This document shows, one piece after another, positions 23,122-28,360 of a stretch of DNA of 28,360 nucleotides. The stretch lies in contig NW_021833553.1 in NCBI RefSeq assembly GCF_006345805.1, forward strand, positions 1 to 28,360, read 5' to 3'. Source of the stretch: Octopus sinensis. Taxonomy: Eukaryota. A program made the translations under genes and the position numbers. The stretch's first letter is position 1; each line of letters begins with the position of its first letter. A model generated the notes under the pieces. That model did no database searches and had not been told where the DNA came from. It was given only the letters and a program-made list of their open reading frames with translations.

Positions 23122-23526
23122 GTGTGACTATATGGTAAGAAGTTTGCTTCCCAAACACGTGGTTCCGGGTTCAGTCCCACTGCGTGGCACTTTGGGCAAG
23201 TGTCTTCTACTATAGCCTCAGACTGCCCAAAGCCTTGTGAGTGGATTTGATAGATGGAAACTGAAAGAAGCCCATCATGTATTTATGTGTGCGTGCGTGC
23301 GTGCGCGCACGCATGCGTGTTTGTATGTGTCTTAGTGTTTGTGTTTGTCCCAATCACAGCTTGAAAACCGGTGTGGTTTGTTTACGTTCCTTAGCGGTTC
23401 AGCAAAAGTGTCCGGCAGGCTTTAAAAAATTCCTGGGGTCGATTTGTTTGACTAAAACGAATCTAGGCTGTGCTCCAGCATGGTCGCAGTTAAATTACTG
23501 AAACAAGTAAGGGAATAAAAGAATAA
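23122..23526 (+). mobile_element. Diverged SINE
   Basis: Head, core (AAAGCCTTGTGAGTGGATTTGATAGATGGAAACTG), internal (GT/GC)n, tail. Confidence 0.85.
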
Positions 23527-23532
23527 GCACAA

Positions 23533-23775
23533 GTGTGACTGTGCGGTAAGAAACTTGCTTCCCAACCACATGGTTCCGGGTTCAGATCCAATGCATGGCA
23601 CCTTGGACAAGTGTCTTCTTCTTAAGCTTCGGGCCGACCAAAACCTTTTGAGTGGACGAACCAACAGATTAGGAACCAGGCTTTAAGAATTATAAGCACT
23701 GAGACGATTTGTTAATCTAAAATGCTTCAGGGCTGTGCCCCAGCTTGGGCGCAGGATAATGACTGGAACAAGTGA
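23533..23775 (+). mobile_element. Diverged, internally deleted SINE
   Basis: Head to GGGCCGACCAAAACCTT, then degenerate tail (GCTGTGCCCCAGC..ATGACTGGAACAAGT). Confidence 0.7.
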
Positions 23776-23844
23776 TAGATCAGTGTAGCCTGTATCTATG
23801 CAACAGTGAGTATATATATATTATATATATATATATATATTATA

Positions 23845-23876
<32 letters not shown>

Positions 23877-24056
23877 ATGTGTGTTTGTGTTTGTGTGTGT
23901 GGTGTTTTGTGTGTATGTGTGTAAGTACTGTATATTTGATACAGTTCTTATTGTTGATATTGTTGTTTTTTGTACTTTTTTTGTGTGTTATTGATGTCTT
24001 TGGCGTTGATGTTGCAAGTGCAAAACGCAAAAAAACATTTCATACTACGTCAATTA

Positions 24057-24068
24057 ATATATATATAT

Positions 24069-24123
<55 letters not shown>

Positions 24124-24197
24124 TATATAGATACATACATATATATATATATATATATAGATACATATATATATATATATAATATATATAGATACTA

Positions 24198-24235
<38 letters not shown>

Positions 24236-24266
24236 CATATATAATATATATATATATACATATATA
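24057..24266. repeat. (TA)n microsatellite
   Basis: Directly visible. Confidence 0.97.
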
Positions 24267-24320
24267 CGTTTAAATATTTGTTGTGCAAGATTTTTTATGT
24301 GAAGTCGTGTGTTGAAACAG

Positions 24321-24766
24321 ATATTGTTATATTCGGAATGGTCATATTGCCAGTTTAGCCAATAAAAACACACGCACTATATATTTGGTGTTATTTTGCT
24401 TCAGTGATATTTATTTTTTACATTAATCTTAATCTTATTTCGGCCAAAGTTCTTTCGTCACACTCCTGTGACCGCATCAGTGGTCCTTTGTTTTCTTCTC
24501 ACTTACTTGTGTCTCCCTACTAACCGTCAGCCATTTTGTATTTTGTATACAAATGGCTGACGGTTAGTAAGAGAGACACAAGTAAGTGAGAAGAAAACAA
24601 AGGACCACTGATGCGGTCACAGGAGTGTGACGAAAGAACTTTGGCCGAAATAAGATTAAGATTAATGTAAAAAATAATATCACTGAAGCAAATAACACCA
24701 AATATATAGTGCGTGTGTTTTTATTGGCTAAACTGGCAATATGACCATTCCGAAATATAACAATAT
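24321..24766. repeat. Long near-perfect inverted repeat (~220-bp arms, ~7-nt loop); foldback/MITE-like
   Basis: 24321-24540 is the reverse complement of 24548-24766 with only a few mismatches and indels; centre CCATTTTGTA-TTTTGTA-TACAAATGG. Confidence 0.95.
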
Positions 24767-24851
24767 ATACATAATATATAATATATATATATATATATAC
24801 TATATATATATAATATATATATATATATTATATATATATAGATACATATAT

Positions 24852-24895
<44 letters not shown>

Positions 24896-25273
24896 CCTAT
24901 ATATATGTATATATACTGTACATACATACATATATATATATATATATAATGTATATATACTGTACATACATATATATATTTTAAATATATATATATATAA
25001 TAATATACATACTATATATATGTATATATACTGTACATACATATGTATATATATATATTTATAATATATATATATATATATATACATACCTATATATATG
25101 TATATACTGAACATACTACATATATAAATACATACTATATTTGTGTATTCAGATATTTACTTACAAATATATACACATACATATATGCATATATTCATAT
25201 ATGTGTGCATGAGCTTGTGTGTCTGTGTGTTTGTGTGTGTATACATTTAATTATACATGAATACATACACATA

Positions 25274-25322
<49 letters not shown>
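24767..25322. repeat. (TA)n-rich low-complexity region ending in (TG)n
   Basis: Directly visible. Confidence 0.93.
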
Positions 25323-25326
<4 letters not shown>

Positions 25327-25598
25327 TATCTCTATGTATGAGGATTGATATTTATGTAGAAACGGGAGCACAGAGTGCTGCTCTCAAGAGAGCAACTCAA
25401 TTTTCCAAGTGGCCTTTAAAAAGCTCCAGTAACTCATACCACCATTTGCGTGGTCTTTGATTTTTGCTCTCTTCCTCTTGTGACGACCAGATGCTTTATG
25501 TCATCTGGCCGAGAGTATTTATTTATTTATGTATATTTATGCAAATCCATTCAGTTCAGTTCGTTTGGTAACACATAATGCAAAAAAATTACACGGCT

Positions 25599-25978
25599 AA
25601 GCATAAATTTCGGTATTCACTCTCACAGAATATTCACCAAGAATGACTTAATTTTTGCTAATCTTTACACGCATCCATTGTAATGTGGTAATCTTATGCA
25701 AAAATAATAGTTAAATAAATGGAACTTACCGGGACAGAATGTTAAAACGAAAATGTTAAAGCAAATTTCTAGATTCACTCTTACGGAATACCAACGTGTT
25801 TGCCTATCGCTCCAATTTTTGCTAATTTTGACGCGTACCCATGTAATGAAGCAATCTACACGCAAGTAATGGTTAAGTAAACGTAGTTCATGTTGCCACA
25901 ATGTTAGAAGGAAAATGTTTAAACATAAACTTCGGTATTCAATTCGTGATAATATTTGCATCTATCCATGTAATGAAT
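25599..25978. repeat. Old degenerate tandem repeat, period ~160 bp, ~2.4 copies
   Basis: AAGCATAAATTTCGGTATTCACT (25599), AAGCAAATTTCTAGATTCACT (25759), AAACATAAACTTCGGTATTCAAT (25921); AATTTTTGCTAAT twice; CCAT(T)GTAATG three times. Confidence 0.65.
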
Positions 25979-26104
25979 TTATGTATATAAATACGCAACT
26001 GGCAGGATGTGTAGAGGCGAACGGTTAAAATAAACAAATAAATGTATTCTATGTAACTCTCCTACACATAGATGTACACACCGATGTATGTAAACACACA
26101 CGCA

Positions 26105-26106
26105 TC

Positions 26107-26178
<72 letters not shown>

Positions 26179-26217
26179 TATATATATATAGAATATTGAG
26201 AGAGAGAGAGAGAGAAG

Positions 26218-26278
<61 letters not shown>
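26105..26278. repeat. Compound (TA)n-(GA)n-(GATA)n microsatellite
   Basis: Directly visible. Confidence 0.97.
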
Positions 26279-26914
26279 TGAAAGACTAATATAAACAGTT
26301 AAGCGCAATGCGATACCGTAAAGAAAACATCCAATCGTCACAACTCTGACTACGGGTGCCAAGACACCTACGTTGCTAGAAATAAGAGTTAAAACACTCC
26401 TAATGTTTATATATACACTCTAACACATATTCATGCTGATACTACCCACTCCTGCACTGAAATACATATCCGCACACTTAGACATATATACCTATACAAA
26501 TACCACCAGACACACACACACACACACACACGCAATACACACTGATAATACACACTGATAATACACACTAAATTATACACTGACGTACACTCGCATACAC
26601 ACATGTGATGACATTCTTACTGGCTTATATATGTCCATAAAATCCAACCACGACCATCATCTCTGATTGCCGATCCTATGATGACTGAACCACCCCAAAC
26701 CTTCATGTACTACTCCAGTGACAGCCAGAACATGTTAATGTCTGAATCGAGAAATCATCAAGTACTCTGAGTGCCGATCTTTTTTTCTCAGTTCTCCGAG
26801 GAGTGCTGAATGTGTTTCTCCCACATATCTTCAAACTCGCTCGAAGAATGAGAACTCCAAAATGAGTAGCAGATAACGATGTCTTCTTCATTTGAAAGGT
26901 TACTCTCTATTCTC

Positions 26915-27134
26915 TCTTTTACTCTTTTACTTGTTTCAGTCATTTGACTGCGGCCATGCTGGAGCACCGCCTTTAATCGAGCAACTCGACCCCGGAACTT
27001 ATTCTTTGTAAGCCCAGTACTTATTCTATCGGTCTCTTTTGCCGAACGCTAAGTAACGGGACATAAACAAACCAGCATCGTTGTCAAGCAATGCTAGGGG
27101 GACAAACACAGACACACAAACACACACACATATG

Positions 27135-27172
<38 letters not shown>

Positions 27173-27337
27173 TACATATATACGACGGGCTTCTTTCAGT
27201 TTCCATCTACCAAATCCACTCACAAGGCTTTGGTCGGCCCGAGGCTATAGTAGAAGACACTTGCCCAAGATGCCACGCAGTGGGACTGAACCCGGAATCA
27301 TGTGGTTGGTAAACAAGCTACTTACCACACAGCCACC
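26915..27337 (-). mobile_element. tRNA-derived SINE, nearly full length
   Basis: Very close match to 10271-10719. Confidence 0.93.
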
Positions 27338-28220
27338 TCTTCTTCAAGGAGGTTTTCAGATTCTCTTCGGCTCTTTCCTTATATTGCCCAACTATTGAGG
27401 ACCTTACGGGGAAGATTTAAGCCAGATATAGTCACTGTATTTCATGGTTATCTCAGTTGATGCCTGCATTGTGTGGATTTAATACAGCCAGTGTTGGTTG
27501 GACCAGGGAATTTCTGTGTAATCCTATCACATCCAGAGGCTCAAGGATCTTCTGGAGCCACTGGATGCTAAAAGCTCTGGGATCTTAAGATATCCGATGT
27601 ACACGGCCTATATTTCATACTCACTCAGGAGAGCGGAAATACGGATTACCCTGTTGGTTGGCGGAGGCGTATAGAGACGGTGATGGGTATTTAGAAAAGA
27701 CACACTTTTAACAACGGCCAATTTGGAACCGTTTATAATCTTCCCGTCTCCAGTGCAGTTCCCGGAAATTGTGCTGTCTTCTTGATGTCTAAACTGGATG
27801 GGAGTCGTTAGTTGTCGTTCTGAGAAAGTAGAAAGGGATATTTCATGGTTGGTTGACATGAATTTTCGGGGCATCATCTTGTCAGACCTATTCATTTATG
27901 GGCTGTAACAACTGCCGAGATGGGAGATTGTAGTGCTTTCGATGTCTGAGCTACGATATATGTGGGATACCTGATGACACACTGAAAAGATCTCTTACAT
28001 GTCTTCTAAAGCTATCTTGCAACGAAGATCCACTGAGCCTTGGCCATTACATAAGTCATTCTGCGGATCTGATGTAATGTTTTCATGTGTTGGTTCGACA
28101 ATATAAACATAACTTTGGCCTGGATCTTCCTACATAAATACTGTACTTCTGTAGTAATAAATAGATTTGCGTTTTTTTGTTCTTTCAGCAGCTGACTTCA
28201 TTGAGATCCGCTCTCCAATT

Positions 28221-28360
28221 GATCTGCCAAGCATTTACACACTGTGGAGGAGAGTGCAGATCAGATGAGCAGGCTACTTTGCTCTAGTGCCTGACACACG
28301 ACTACCAAAAAGACTGCTTTTCGGTGAATAGGCAGAAAGTAAGTCCACACAAGTTGGGCA
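28221..28360 (+). mobile_element. Old RTE LINE C-terminal fragment, continuing off the right edge
   Basis: DLPSIYTLWRRVQIR*AGYFALVPDTRLPKRLLFGE* resembles the RTE LRWAGHV.RM.D.R.PK..L.GEL region (compare 13440-13520). Confidence 0.72.

Noticed and set aside
26703-26891. Short ORF and an NHL-like SESRNHQVL peptide on the + strand
   Set aside because: Too short, closed by stops, and no supporting exon structure.
3406-27337. Recurrent identical motifs suggesting a CRISPR array or regulatory cassette
   Set aside because: They are dispersed SINE copies in both orientations, with no regular repeat-spacer structure; the context is eukaryotic.
27608-27895. 95-aa minus-strand ORF and surrounding mid-GC sequence (27340-28100)
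   Set aside because: No recognisable motif in any of the six frames, and many stops; it may be an old TE or unique sequence but I cannot support a call.

Overview
Eukaryotic, AT-rich, repeat-saturated DNA. Kilobase (TA)n tracts and the tRNA-derived SINE family suggest an octopus/cephalopod genome (inference, no database search). I found no host protein-coding gene. Left to right the window holds: the 5' part of a CR1-like LINE with a CCCH-finger ORF1; a 2-kb (TA)n tract; a Tx1/L1-clade LINE that has lost most of ORF2 by internal deletion; a complete but degenerate mariner; a Gypsy gag-pro-RT fragment; an R4/Dong-like RLE LINE 3' end; a near full-length GC-rich RTE LINE with an inverted 5' UTR that begins with a candidate HDV-like ribozyme; Helitron/HINE-like elements; a second CR1-like LINE; a second mariner end; a ~445-bp near-perfect palindrome; about nine SINE copies or fragments; and many microsatellites. 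The best leads are the HDV-like ribozyme fold at the RTE 5' end, the twin-priming-type 5' inversion, the EN-to-C-terminus deletion in the Tx1 element, and the CCCH-type ORF1. All alignments, folds and identities were judged by eye.
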